Made by a program: the position numbers and the translations under genes. From positions 9,757,178-9,803,139 of the forward strand of contig NC_057720.1 of assembly GCF_004010195.1 (NCBI RefSeq): DNA of 45,962 nt. Reading direction: 5' to 3'. Shown here piece after piece: positions 12,494 through 23,439 of the stretch (the stretch's first letter is position 1; the number at the start of each line of letters is the position of its first letter). The stretch comes from Chiloscyllium plagiosum. Its lineage: Eukaryota. The notes under the pieces were generated by a model. That model had not been told where the DNA came from and did no database searches. It worked only from the letters and a program-made list of their open reading frames with translations.

Positions 12494-12622
12494 GTGACAA
12501 AGGGTCACCGGACTTGAAACATTAACTCTGTTTCTTTTTCCACAGATGCTGCCAAACCTGCTGAGGTTTTCCAGCAATTTCTGCATTTATTTCAGATCTC
12601 CAGCACTCACACTTCTTTGTTC
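12494..12622 (+). mobile_element. Penelope-like terminal-repeat fragment (family D) with degenerate hammerhead motif
   Basis: TGACAAAGGGTCACCGGACTTGAAACATT followed by CAGATGCTGCCAAACCTGCTGAG...CCAGCA. Similar pieces at ~3925, 15095, 16362, 21525, 25900 and 39960. Confidence 0.6.
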
Positions 12623-13398
12623 CAAATGATATTTTGATATTCTTTTTCAAAAACCAAACTGAATTGAACTAAATAAAAATCAAACAGCCCATTGGGGCAC
12701 AGTGATTGATAAGAAAATTAGAAGATCAAATTTAAATTTTTATAATCAAGCTATTCAGGCAGGTTACAGCACTTGTCTACAGGAGATGGGACTTCAATTC
12801 AGGCCTTCAGGCCAAAGGTAGGGACACTACCACTGCACCACCAAAGTCCCAAAGTGACTTGAAACTCATTTCAGCAGCTTAGACCTCTTAAACAGGTTAT
12901 CACAGACAGATTTTAATACTCTTGTGCCAAAAAACAAAAAACAAATTGAGCTGAATTACGTAAAACTCAAACAGTTCACGAGGGCACTGGGACAAAAAAA
13001 TGAAACAAGGGGATTAAATTAAAACATGTTTTTTAAGACAATTATCCAATTAGTTCCCAACACTTGTTTGCCCGTTACCTTTAACCACGAGCTATATAAC
13101 ATTTCATTAACACAGTTAGGTACTAACAAGTATGACACAGAAAAACTCTGAGTTCAGCATTGGTGCTGGGGAATATAAGCACAACTGCTGTATGAGAGTA
13201 GTGTAGAGGGGAAAAACAGAAAAGAAAAGGGATAAAAAAAAAGTATAACCAAGAGATTTAGAATCTCAGGGGAATGACTCCAAGCTAAAACAAAAATAAA
13301 TTTTGAGTTCATGGGGTTCCCACTGTCTATGAGTTTCATCATTACATCTCCAATCAAGTTGACTAGAAAAATAGGTCAAATAAAAAAATGATTTGAAG

Positions 13399-13490
13399 AT
13401 CACCTGATGAAGGAGCAGTGCTCCGAAAGCTAGTGCTTCCAAATAAATCTGTTGGACTATAACCTGGTGTTGTGTGATTTTTAACTTTAA
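13399..13490 (+). mobile_element. Short PLE-type terminal repeat (family A) with intact minimal hammerhead motif
   Basis: CAC-CTGATGA-A-GGAGC-AGT-GCTCC-GAAA-GC-TA-GTG, followed by the family tail CTGTTGGACTATAACCTGGTGTTGTGTGATTTTTAAC. Confidence 0.75.
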
Positions 13491-14539
13491 ATTAAAAAAA
13501 AAGCTTCACCTTCAGAAGGCAGTCGGGGTAGAGGGAAAGGAGGAAGCACTTCAGCCCTTTGAATATATTCTGCTGCTTAATTAGATATTGGCTGATCGCT
13601 ATTTTAAATCCAGGTACATGGTTCGGATCTGTAACCTCTAAAACCCTAGCTTGGCAAAAGATCTCTGTTTAGAAGTCTTCAACTGAACACAACCACCACC
13701 CATCTTCACCCCGGTCTTCGTAAGGTTTTTATGTGCTCGGATTTGACGTAAATCCAACTTGGCAACTTCAGTGAAGAGCCTTTTTATTTTGTGAACAGAT
13801 GTAAAGCTGTCACAAGTCATCTATTTTGCTGAGGTCTGTCAATACAAAGTTGTGATCGTGAGCACGTAAAGGCAATGATTGACAAGGGGAATGTTATGCT
13901 TGGATCAAACATTCAAAGGCGTTTTTGCACGATGGTTGGCAGGTCATAATAATTACATCCAAGAATATTTACTGACTTTCAGGAACACCAAGTACTTTTG
14001 TAGGAAGTCTTCAGCTCCAAAACAGGACATTGTACTTCCAAACAAAAGAAGGGCTTGCACTTGTGTAGCGCCTGTGGCATCCTCAGGCATCCCAAAGCAT
14101 TCTACAGGCAACAACAAGAACTCTTCGGAATATAACTGCAACTGTCACACCAAAAACTCAGCAGCTGCTTAACAGGTTCCCACACACTGAAATATAACAA
14201 TGACCGAGCAGTGCATTGGGATATTTCACAGAGGCCTAACATTCTTCAGTCTAAATGTGAAAGTCCCACTCTGGAGTGGCTTATTTATGAGTCTGGAACA
14301 AAAGCGGAACATGCCGGCAGCATCTGTGAAGAAGTGGAGTTAAAGGTGGCTCAGTGGTTAGCACTACTGCCTCACAACGCCAGAGACCTGGGTTCAATTC
14401 CAGCCTCGGGTGAGTTTGCACATTCTGTGTGGAGTTTGCACATTCTTCCCGTGTCTGCGTGGGTTTCCTCAGGGTGCTCTGGTTTGCTCCCACAAGCCAA
14501 TGGTGTACCGGTTAGGGTGGATTGACCATGCTAAGAATT

Positions 14540-14672
14540 AGGCAGAGGTGGGTACTGCAGATGCTGGAGATTAGAGTCAAGACTAGAGTGGTGCTGGAAA
14601 AACACAACAGGTCAGGCAGCAACCGAGGAGCAGGAAAATCAACGTTTCGGGCAAAAGCTCTTCATCAGGAAT
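14540..14672 (-). mobile_element. Solo Neptune-type PLE terminal repeat (133 bp) with 14-bp TSD
   Basis: Flanked by CCATGCTAAGAATT at 14526-14539 and 14673-14686. The minus strand starts ATTCCTGATGAAGAGCTTTTGCCCGAAACGTTG. Confidence 0.85.
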
Positions 14673-14809
14673 CCATGCTAAGAATTGCTGTGTAGTTCCC
14701 CACTTAGCCACGATTAAAAACTCCATGTGGGATGGGTCTGGGTGGAATGCTGTTTGGAGAGTCGGAACTGACTCGATGATACAGTTCCAAATGGCCTCTT
14801 TCTGCACTG

Positions 14810-15041
14810 ATTTGGAGATGCCAGTGTTGGGTGTACAAAGATAAAAATCACACAACACCAGGTTATAGTCCAACAGGTTTAATTGGAAGCACACTAGCTT
14901 TCGGAGCGACGCTCCTTCATCAGGTGATTGTCCTGATCACCTGATGTCCTGACAATCACCTGATGAAGGAGCGTCGCTCCGAAAGCTAGTGTGCTTCCAA
15001 TTAAACCTGTTGGACTATGACCTGGTGTTGTGTGATTTTTA
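14810..15041. mobile_element. Palindromic PLE family-A mini-element (96-bp arms) with 13-bp TSD
   Basis: Arms 14837-14932 and 14951-15046 are reverse complements with 1 mismatch around an 18-bp spacer. TCTTTCTGCACTG is duplicated at 14797-14809 and 15042-15054. Confidence 0.9.
14957..14991 (+). ncRNA. Minimal type-I hammerhead ribozyme motif (mirror copy on the minus strand in the left arm)
   Basis: Stem I CAC/GTG, core CTGATGA (14960-66), stem II GGAGC/GCTCC, GAAA (14981-84), palindromic AGCT stem III, and a putative cleavage site after TA at 14988. Confidence 0.75.
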
Positions 15042-16057
15042 TCTTTCTGCACTGTTAGCATTCTGTGATTGACACTCTGGATCCAGTGACCATTCTTCAG
15101 AACCCAGGAAGAATCACTGGACACAAAACTTTAATTTTGTTTCTCTCTCCACAGATGCTGCCAGACCTGCTGAGTTTCTCCAACAACTTATGTATTTGTT
15201 TCGGATTTCCAGCATCCACAGTTCTGTTTTTTTTTTGAAATTTGTGAATCTGAGTCTAATGGTCAGAGTGAATAGTGCTGAGTATGACATTATCAGAATT
15301 GCTTTTTTTAAAATGAGACCTTAAATCCAAACCCGATCTGCCCTGTCAGATGAACACAAGGCTATCACCTTGTGAAGAAGAGCAGAGGGGATCTCTCTGC
15401 TGCCCTGAACAACAACTATTGCTCAAACTGCCTCATACAAAGTCAGAAGTCACACGACACCAGCTTATAGTCGGACAGGTGTATTTGAAATCACAATCTT
15501 TTGGAGCACTGCCCTTTCGTCAGGTGAACTGTGACTGCAACTCATGAGGGCCCCACTGTCCATTTATACATCAATGATTTTCACATGGGGACTGAATGCA
15601 ATTGTTTCCAAATTTGCGGACGAGTAGGTATGCGTGTTCTGAGGAAGGTGTAGGGCAGCTTCAGGAGAATTTGGGTGGCTTTGTGACGGGCAAGAACGTG
15701 GCAGGTGGAATATAACATGACAAAATGTGCAATGATCCACTTTTATAGAACAAACAGACATGCAGTGGATTTCTTAAATGGTGTAGTCGCACAAAGGGAC
15801 TTAGCTGGAAGGTGCAAAGATGAACCTGCCCGCCGCTGCCCCCCCCCGAACCCCTCCCCCCCACCCCCATCATCAGCTTCTAGCTCAGTTGTGTAGGAAG
15901 CCAATTTGTTGGCACTGTAGTTTCCAGGCAGCTCTGTTGGTTTATTGTTGTTTTCACTGCTGATATCCTCCAGTGAGGTTACATTACCCCCACAACGCTA
16001 AGCCGTCTCTTGACATGAGTAGACATACACGAGGATAAAGATGAATGTTTTCTTGTG

Positions 16058-16261
16058 CAATCGGTTCTGCTTTAATGAACTTCCCTTCAACACAAATTGG
16101 CTATGATGCAATTGAAGAATTTAGTCCATTATTTGTAAAACACAAACTTTCCTCACCTACATGATGTGATCCCGGTCCCAATGGTTTAAATGGTCTGGCT
16201 GTCACGCAATTACCTTGTAATGCAGGATCTCACAGTAACGGAACTAACACAGAATCAACTG
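16058..16261 (-). mobile_element. Tc1/mariner-Tigger-type MITE, decayed copy
   Basis: Ends CAATCGGTTCTG ... CAGAATCAACTG+TA. The internal sequence is the reverse complement of the copies at 17583 and 42821. Confidence 0.7.
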
Positions 16262-17582
16262 TATCACAGAAGTTCCAGTGAGTAGCTAAATTATACAACC
16301 TGGATATCACGTTCTATATTTGGTCTGCTCTGAGTTGAATCAGGTGGTCATTGAGACTATAATAAAACAAATAACTGCAGATGATGAAGATCTGAAACAA
16401 AAGCAGAGAACGCAAGAGAAACTCAACAGATCTGGCAGCATAGAGTCATAGAAATGTACAGCACAGAAACAGACCCTTCAGTCCAACTTGTCCATGCCAA
16501 CCAGGTATCCTAAATTAACCTGGTCCCATTCGCCAGTACTTGGCCCATATCCCTCTAAACCCTTCCTATTCATATACCTATCCAGATGCCTTTTAAATGT
16601 TGTAATTGTACTGTGGACAGAAAGCAGAATGAACGTTTGGAGTTCAGTGACCCTTCTTCAACTCTGTCTGCAGAAGATCATTGGGATTATTTCATTGTAA
16701 CAGATTTGCTCGGAATTGTAAAGAAGGTTCCAACTTCTTACTGTTAGCCAACAATGTCTAATTGAAGTGTGCATTGTCGAATGAGAAAGGGAGGAGGTTT
16801 GACTATAATATCTCCATGATTGAGTAGCCTGTTCATACTCCCTGACAAGGCTTACACATGAATTATAGCCAGCTCCACAAAATACCAGAGGGCAAACAGT
16901 GTCGATGGAGTGATACCCCAGCACTCAGTTTGCACTCGCAAAGAAACCTGAGAGAGAGAAAAACAATTTCGTTCTTGTAGTGAAAAGTGTCATGACATGC
17001 CAGTGTTGCACACTGGTTTTTCTTTCATTGCTGCATTTGATGTGCACTTTGATGGTGAACATCCTGCTGTTTTCTAGAGATGACTTATTTTCCTTGTCAG
17101 CTCATATAGAAATCTACCTGATTAATTCTATTGAACGAAGGGCATATTTTATTTAAATGATTAATATGTGTGGACTTGCACAGATTATTGTGCATGTGTT
17201 GAGTAATTAATTTTTTAGTTTACTGGCACACTGATTAAAATAGAGCTAATGTCTTCAAACGCTGCCCTGCTGATCTGTTGCCATTTCTCATTACCCATAT
17301 CCCTGCATCAGGTGAATGCAGGAGTACTGACCCAGCACAGGCGGGAAGTTTTAAATTCATTCTTAAATCAGATATAGGTGTCGTATGGTATGATATCACC
17401 CACTGGCAGCTTATGATTAAGATTGCTCCACCAATCTTCATTTGATAAAAAATATCATTTATATCAACCTGTTATGACAGAGCCTCCTAACACAGAAACA
17501 TAGGGAATAGCAGCTGGCCATTCAGCCCCTCGAGCCTGTTCTACCATTCAATGAGTTTATGCCTGATCTGTGACTCCATATG

Positions 17583-17801
17583 CAGTCAGTTCTGATATGA
17601 CGCGATGGTTCCATTCTTGTGCAATCTCATGTCATAAGAAAATCGCGCAATAGCTGCACTATTTAAACTAATGGGGCCAGAATCGTATTATAGCCAATTC
17701 AGGGAAGGCAAGTTTGCATTCTACAAACAACGGTCTAAATTCTTCAATCGCATTGAAGCCAACTTGTGTTGAAGATACACACATTATGGCAGAACCAACT
17801 G
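17583..17801 (+). mobile_element. Tc1/mariner-Tigger-type MITE (219 bp) inserted in a CR1 3' fragment
   Basis: TIRs CAGTCAGTTCTG / CAGAACCAACTG, with TA on the right and TG (decayed TA) on the left. The host CR1 (~17490-17960, minus strand) rejoins across it. Confidence 0.8.
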
Positions 17802-18154
17802 TACCTACTCTTTGGCCCAAATCCCTTAAGTCCTTAGCTTAACAAAGACATGTCTATCCCAGATTTAAAATTAGCAACTGATCCTGCGTCCACTGCTATT
17901 TGTGGAAAATAATTCAAATATTTACCATCCTTTGTATATAGAAGCACTTCCTAACACTTCATAGAGGTTTATAAAATCATGAGGGGCATTGATAAGGTGA
18001 GTAACCAATAGCACTTAGGATTTATGAGCCCAAACGTGGTTATTGGATAGATCCCATTGCATATGAGTGTGATTTACTTCTGCATCTGGACATTCTCAAA
18101 TGGTGCTGAATGTTACATCAGAGAACAACCTGGGAATAAAGCTTTCATTATCTA

Positions 18155-18545
18155 GGGAAGGCAATGGCCTCGCGATATTATCAACCTCCTATTATGTAGA
18201 AACTTGGGTAATGGCCTGCAGATCCTGGTTAAAGTGCCACTGTGGCAGATGGTGGAATTTGAACTCAATTTCTTTTTAAAGTCTAGAATTAAGAGTCTAC
18301 TAATGACCATGAAACCATTGTCAATTGTGGGAACAACCTACCTGGCTTACAAATGTCCTTCAGAGAACAAAATCTGCCATCCTTACCTGCTCTGGCCTAC
18401 ATGGGATTCCAGATCCACAGCAATGTGATTGACTCTCAACTGCCCTCTGAAATTTCCCAGCAACCCATTCAGTTCAAGGGCAATCAGGGACAGGCAATAA
18501 ATGTTGGCCAGCCAGCGATGGTCATGTCCCACGAACGAATAAGAC
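18155..18545 (+). mobile_element. SINE family B copy
   Basis: Colinear with 6527-6882, including the tail GGCAATCAGGGACAGGCAATAAATGTTGGCCAGCCAGCGATG...GAACGAATAA. Confidence 0.75.
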
Positions 18546-19314
18546 ATCACCAGCTCCTTTATTGACCCTCAAAGGAAACTTTACAGTGAGAGGCAATTAA
18601 GTTCCAAAAGCTCTTCCCTGTTTGGAAAGGTGGAGTGTTGCAGACTCCAGGAAGTTGACTTGCATTTTGTGACCTTGCACTTTCAGCAAATCTCTTCCAT
18701 TGTATTGAGCATTGTGCTGACTGCCATTGTTCCTTTTCATTGTCACACTGTATACTTTTGCCGACTGAGTGCATTTCTCATTAACAACCTGCCAGGAGAA
18801 CTTTAACAGTATAACAACACTCTGGGGATAAGTTTCTGAATGCAAGGTCATCTCTTCAGGCTTGCGGGTGGCGGATTTAAAACAGAGATGAGTAGGAGTT
18901 AATCCTTTCGAAGGGTCATCAATCTGGAATTTGCTGCCTCAGAGTGCAGGGTTTTTGGGATACTGAATAAATTTAAGGAGTAGATAGACAGATTTTTTCA
19001 TTAGTATTCAGCTAAGGCTTATGGAGAACAGGCAGGGAATTGGAGTTGAGGTTGAGATAAGACCATCCGTGATTGTATTATATGGCGGAGCAGGTCTGAG
19101 GAAGTGAATGGTCTACTCTTCGTCCCTATTTCCTTATTAATAGGTACCTTGCCCATCATTTTCAGTCCACATGGAAACATGTTAAAGAGGTGAGATTGTC
19201 TCCACTTTAGTTTTTTCTAAGTAATCGACCCATACAGGTAATTTCATGCTGAGGTACAAACGACTAAACTCTCCCCAAAAGAGTGCCCTTGTGAATGATA
19301 ACACTTGTACCCCT

Positions 19315-19530
19315 AGAGTCACCATAGTCCTGCCAGAACATAGGTCTACCCTCTCATTAAGAAGAGATGACTTGGTGGTGGCTTAACCTGGGGATAACCA
19401 CACGTCAGCCAAGGGGAGAGAATAAGAAGAAGAGTCCTTCATGGTAACCCCAGCCTGTGTGGGAATTAAGCCCATACTGTTGACATCACTTTGTGTCAGA
19501 GACCAGTCATCCAGCCAACTGACCTACCTA
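19315..19530 (-). mobile_element. tRNA(Ile-like)-derived SINE copy
   Basis: Colinear with 5255-5442: CACCATAGTCC...TTAACCTG...GGAATTAAGCCCATACTGTTG...CCAGCCAACTGA. Confidence 0.6.
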
Positions 19531-19609
19531 ACTGCAGAATGTCACAAGTTGATGTATTGGCTGCAAGGGGAGGCGTTGGCATAGAGGGAATGTTAGTCAA
19601 CCAGTAATC

Positions 19610-20095
19610 CATAAGACCATGAGAAATAGGAACAGCAGTAGGCCATTCGGCAGCTCAAACCTGATCCACCATTCAATGGGATCATGTCTGACCCAACACT
19701 TTTCCTATCCACTTTCCTGCCTTTTCTCCAGAACCTGTGCCACCCTGACCGATCAAGAATCTAACAATCTCAGCCTTAAATATGCTCAAGGACCCTGCCC
19801 CATAGCTCTCCGTGAGTTCCACGAACTTCTTGACAGAAGAAATTCCTCCTCATCTCAGTCTTAAATTAGTGCCCTTGTATTCTGAGATTATGCCCTCTGG
19901 TCTCAGACTCTGCCATGATGGGAAACATCCTCTCAGCATTTACTAAGCCCCTTAAGAATCCTATATGTTGTAACGAGATCTCCACTCATCCTTCTGAACT
20001 GCAGTAAATAGAGCCCAGCCTTTGCTCATAAGGCAATCCCTCTGTAACCAGAGATCATCCCTATTGAATCTTCTCTGAACTGCCTCCAATGAATT
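19610..20095 (-). mobile_element. CR1 LINE 3' fragment
   Basis: CATAAGACCATGAGAAATAGGAACAG tail plus the reverse complement of AGACCAGAGGGCATAATCTCAGAATA...AAGACTGAGATGAGGAGGAATTTCTTCT. Confidence 0.75.
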
Positions 20096-20779
20096 ATTGT
20101 TGTGGAGCAGCCAGATTTATACTTTTTTTCAAGCAAAGATTGAACTATGACCCCCAACCCCAGTCCTTAAAATTCATCGCCATGGATGAGTGAGACCTTA
20201 AGTTTGAGAATTTCTTTACATTTGTGATGTTGCTGAACTAGGAGCCAGTGTTGTTTAGTGAACACAAGGAGTGAGAGCTATATAGATCACTGAAAAGATA
20301 AGCCGTGGCAATGAACAGGACAACTTATTGGAGAAAGTTTTCTTCAATATTATATTCACCTTGTGTTATCAGTAATATCATTACTATATTTACAGTACTT
20401 CAGAAATATTATTCTCTGGAATTTTTAACTTAAAATAAATTCCCTGTAAAATTGCAGCTAGGATATAATCTACTTTGGAGATATTTAATTTTGTGCCTGA
20501 GGATTAATATCAGGGAAAATTGAACCAGCGGCAACATATTTTGGATTAACTCAGTAAATATTGATGTATTTTTAAAGAAATAAAACTACAAGGCACTCAG
20601 GAAAGATTGACGAGCGGAACTAATTTGATAGCTCTTTCAAAAAAACTATCACAGATACAATGGTCCAAATGGTCACCCTCTGTGTAATATCACTCTGTGA
20701 TCCCATGATCATGGTGTCTCTTTTAACAGAAGGCAATGAAAAGGAGTATTCATTTCCTGTCATAATCAAGGTTCACCCG

Positions 20780-21270
20780 TATAGAATCCCTGCAATGTGG
20801 AAGGAGGGTATTCGGCCCATCAAGTTCACACTGAAGAGGGCCCCCCCCCACACCCACCCCCCTAGCCTATCCTTGTAACCTTGCATTTCCCATTGGCTAA
20901 TCCACTTTGTCTGCACATCTCTGGGCATGAGGGACAATTTAGCGAGGTAAAGGTCTCCCCACCCCCACCCTCCTCTAGCTTATCTCTCCACGCTCCAGGC
21001 TCACTGCCTTTATTCCTGATGAAGGGCTTTTATCCCGAAACGTTGATTTCGAAGCTTCTTGGATGCTGCCTGAACTGCTGTGCTCTTCCAGCACCACTGA
21101 TCCAGACAATATAGCATGGCCAATCCACCTAACCTGCACATCTTTCGAATGTAGGAGGGAACTGGAGCACTCGGAGACATAGGGAGGATGTGCAAACTCT
21201 ACACAGGAGGGTGGAATCAAACCCTTGTTCTGTGAGGCAGCAGTGCTAACCACTGAGCCATAATGTCGCC
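20780..21270 (-). mobile_element. HE1-type SINE with a nested PLE insertion
   Basis: Reverse-complement head GCAGCAGTGCTAACCACTGAGCCA at ~21237-21260 and tail AGAATCCCTGCAATGTGG at ~20782. Confidence 0.8.
20944..21104 (+). mobile_element. Neptune-type PLE terminal repeat with 11-bp TSD
   Basis: Flanked by GACAATTTAGC (20933-43) and GACAATATAGC (21105-15). Contains CTGATGAAGGGCTTTTATCCCGAAACGTT. Confidence 0.75.
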
Positions 21271-21524
21271 CATCTCTCCAGTATTTACTATTTAAAATGT
21301 ATCAGCAATATTGCTTCAGATTTCGGATGAATCTTGCAACAATTTGGAGAAGGCAGTCCATTCTGCTCACAATGAACTTACATCGAATCCTGGGGAGGTA
21401 ACAATGTAGCAGTAATGTCAGTAGATTAGTAACCTAGGCTCACTGATGCTCTGGGGATTTAGGCTTGAACCCAGTCGGGTAAATGGAGGAAATTGAATTT
21501 ATTAATGAATTGGGAATCAAAGAT

Positions 21525-21735
21525 AAAAGCAAATTACTGCAGATGCTGGAATCTGAAACCAAAAAAGAGAAAATGCTGGAAAATCTCAGCAAGTCTGGCA
21601 GCATCTGTAAGGAGAGAAAAGAGCTGACGTTCCGAGTCTAACTGACCCTTTGTCAAAGACTCGAAACGTCAGCTGTTTTCTCTCCTTACAGATGCTGCCA
21701 GACTTGCTGAGGTTTTCCAGCATTTTTTTTCCTTT
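21525..21735. mobile_element. Hairpin PLE family-D mini-element with 15-bp TSD
   Basis: Inverted arms at ~21570-21639 and 21657-21726. TTGGGAATCAAAGAT is duplicated at 21510-21524 and 21736-21750. Confidence 0.85.
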
Positions 21736-22720
21736 TTGGGAATCAAAGATGGCTGTCTTCTGGTGCCCATCATTAAAAAGCCATAAAGTTGGAGAGCACA
21801 GAAACACACCCTTCGGTCCATGCCAGCCAGATATCTAAATTCATCCAATCCTGATTGCCTGCATTTGGCCCATTTCCCTGTAAACCCTTCTTATTCATGT
21901 ACCCAACCAGGTGCATTTTAAATGTTGTAATTGTACTAATCTCGATCACTTCCTCTGGCAGCTCATTCTATTTGGCCCCTGATGACTTTTAGGGAAGGGA
22001 ATTTGCCATCCTGGATCTGTTGATAGAGTCAGTGTAGTTGGCTTTCTTTCATAACCCATCATTAAATTAAAACAACAACATGATTTACAGTTTACCTACA
22101 CTGCCCGGCAGGGACAATGTCAATTAAAAAGCTGGGTAAAAACAAGGGAGGGACCAAATAGCGGGAGCAGGAGATACTGCTTTGCACCCACTCCTTAGTG
22201 CCTACCTCTCGGATGGTTGGACATTAAACACCTTCTGGAATCATCTGGCAAGCCATTCAGCTCGAGAGCAATATGGCCAGCGATGCCCACATCCATAAAA
22301 TAAGAAACAAACTAGCTGTATGCACGAGAAATTCAAATTACTGCGAATGGGAGAAAGTAATTCTATTTACCAATATTTGAGGGGATGCTATGATGATTCA
22401 CGAAGCGAATTCTGAGGCTAATGGGGTCATTTTCAGAAGGCAGGTTATGTAACTCAGCTTTTATATTCTGCAGCAATGAAGATCAGATCAAGATGTTTAA
22501 GGAATTGATCAGGGAGACAGGGAAACCGTTTTCTCTGGTCAGATAATCTCAAGCAATTTAAAATGTGAGCTGGTCAGTGAGGTCTGATTTTAGGAACCAA
22601 TCCTGCACCCAAAATCTCGGGCTGTCATCTCCAAAACACAGGAAAAGACCACAGAGGGTCAAGCAAAAATCTCAAACATGAGGATCGGTGGATTATTTTC
22701 ATTCCGTGAAGCTATTCACG

Positions 22721-23048
22721 GGGCGGCACGGTGGCACGGTGGTTAGCACTGCTGCCTCACAGCACCACAGACCGGGTTTCAATTCCCGCCTCAGGCGACT
22801 GACTGTGTGGAGTTTGCACATTCTCCCCGTGGCTGCGTGGGTTTCCTCCGGGTGCTCCGGTTTCCTCCCACAATCCAAAAATGTGCAGGCCAGGTGAATT
22901 GGCCATGCTAAATTGCCCCTAGTGTTAGGTGAAGAGGTAAATGTAGGGGAATGGGTCTGGGTGGGTTGTGCTTCGGCGGGTCGGTGTGGACTTGTTGGGC
23001 CGAAGGGCCTGTTTCCACACTGTAATCTAATCTAATCTAATCTAATCT
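22721..23048 (+). mobile_element. HE1-type V-SINE, young CpG-rich copy
   Basis: GGGCGGCACGGTGGCACGGTGGTTAGCACTGCTGCCTCACAG head, V-domain and (TAATC)n tail. Many CpGs are retained. Confidence 0.9.
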
Positions 23049-23108
23049 ATTGAGGGATACAGAACCAGGGGAGGTCAATTGGAATGAAGGGGGAATTAAT
23101 TGGAATTC

Positions 23109-23438
23109 GGGGCAGCCCGGTGGCTCAGTGGTTAGCACTGCTGCCTGACAGCACCAGGGACCTGGGTTCGATTCCACCCTGAGGTGACTGCGTGTGCGTA
23201 TGTGTGTTTCCTTTGGATGCTCCGGCATTTTACCCACAGTCCAAACATGTGCATGTTGGGTGGATTGGCCACATTAAAATGCCCTATATTGTCCAAGGAT
23301 GTGTTAACCAGGTGGATTAGCTGTGGGAAATGTAGGGTTACAGGATAGGAGACTGTGTCTGGGTGGGATGCTTTTCGGAGGGTTGGCGTGGACGTGATGG
23401 GTCCTATAATATGTTTCCACACTGAATGGATTCATTGA
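23109..23438 (+). mobile_element. HE1-type SINE
   Basis: GGTGGCTCAGTGGTTAGCACTGCTGCC...GGGTTCGATTCC head and GTTTCCACACTG tail. Confidence 0.8.
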
Positions 23439-23439
23439 A

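Larger units (their letters stand above)
14345..15070 (+). mobile_element. HE1-type SINE split by two nested PLE-derived insertions
   Basis: Head GGTGGCTCAGTGGTTAGCAC...GGGTTCAATTCC and V-domain are present. The body resumes after each insertion (14540-14672, 14810-15041). Confidence 0.85.
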
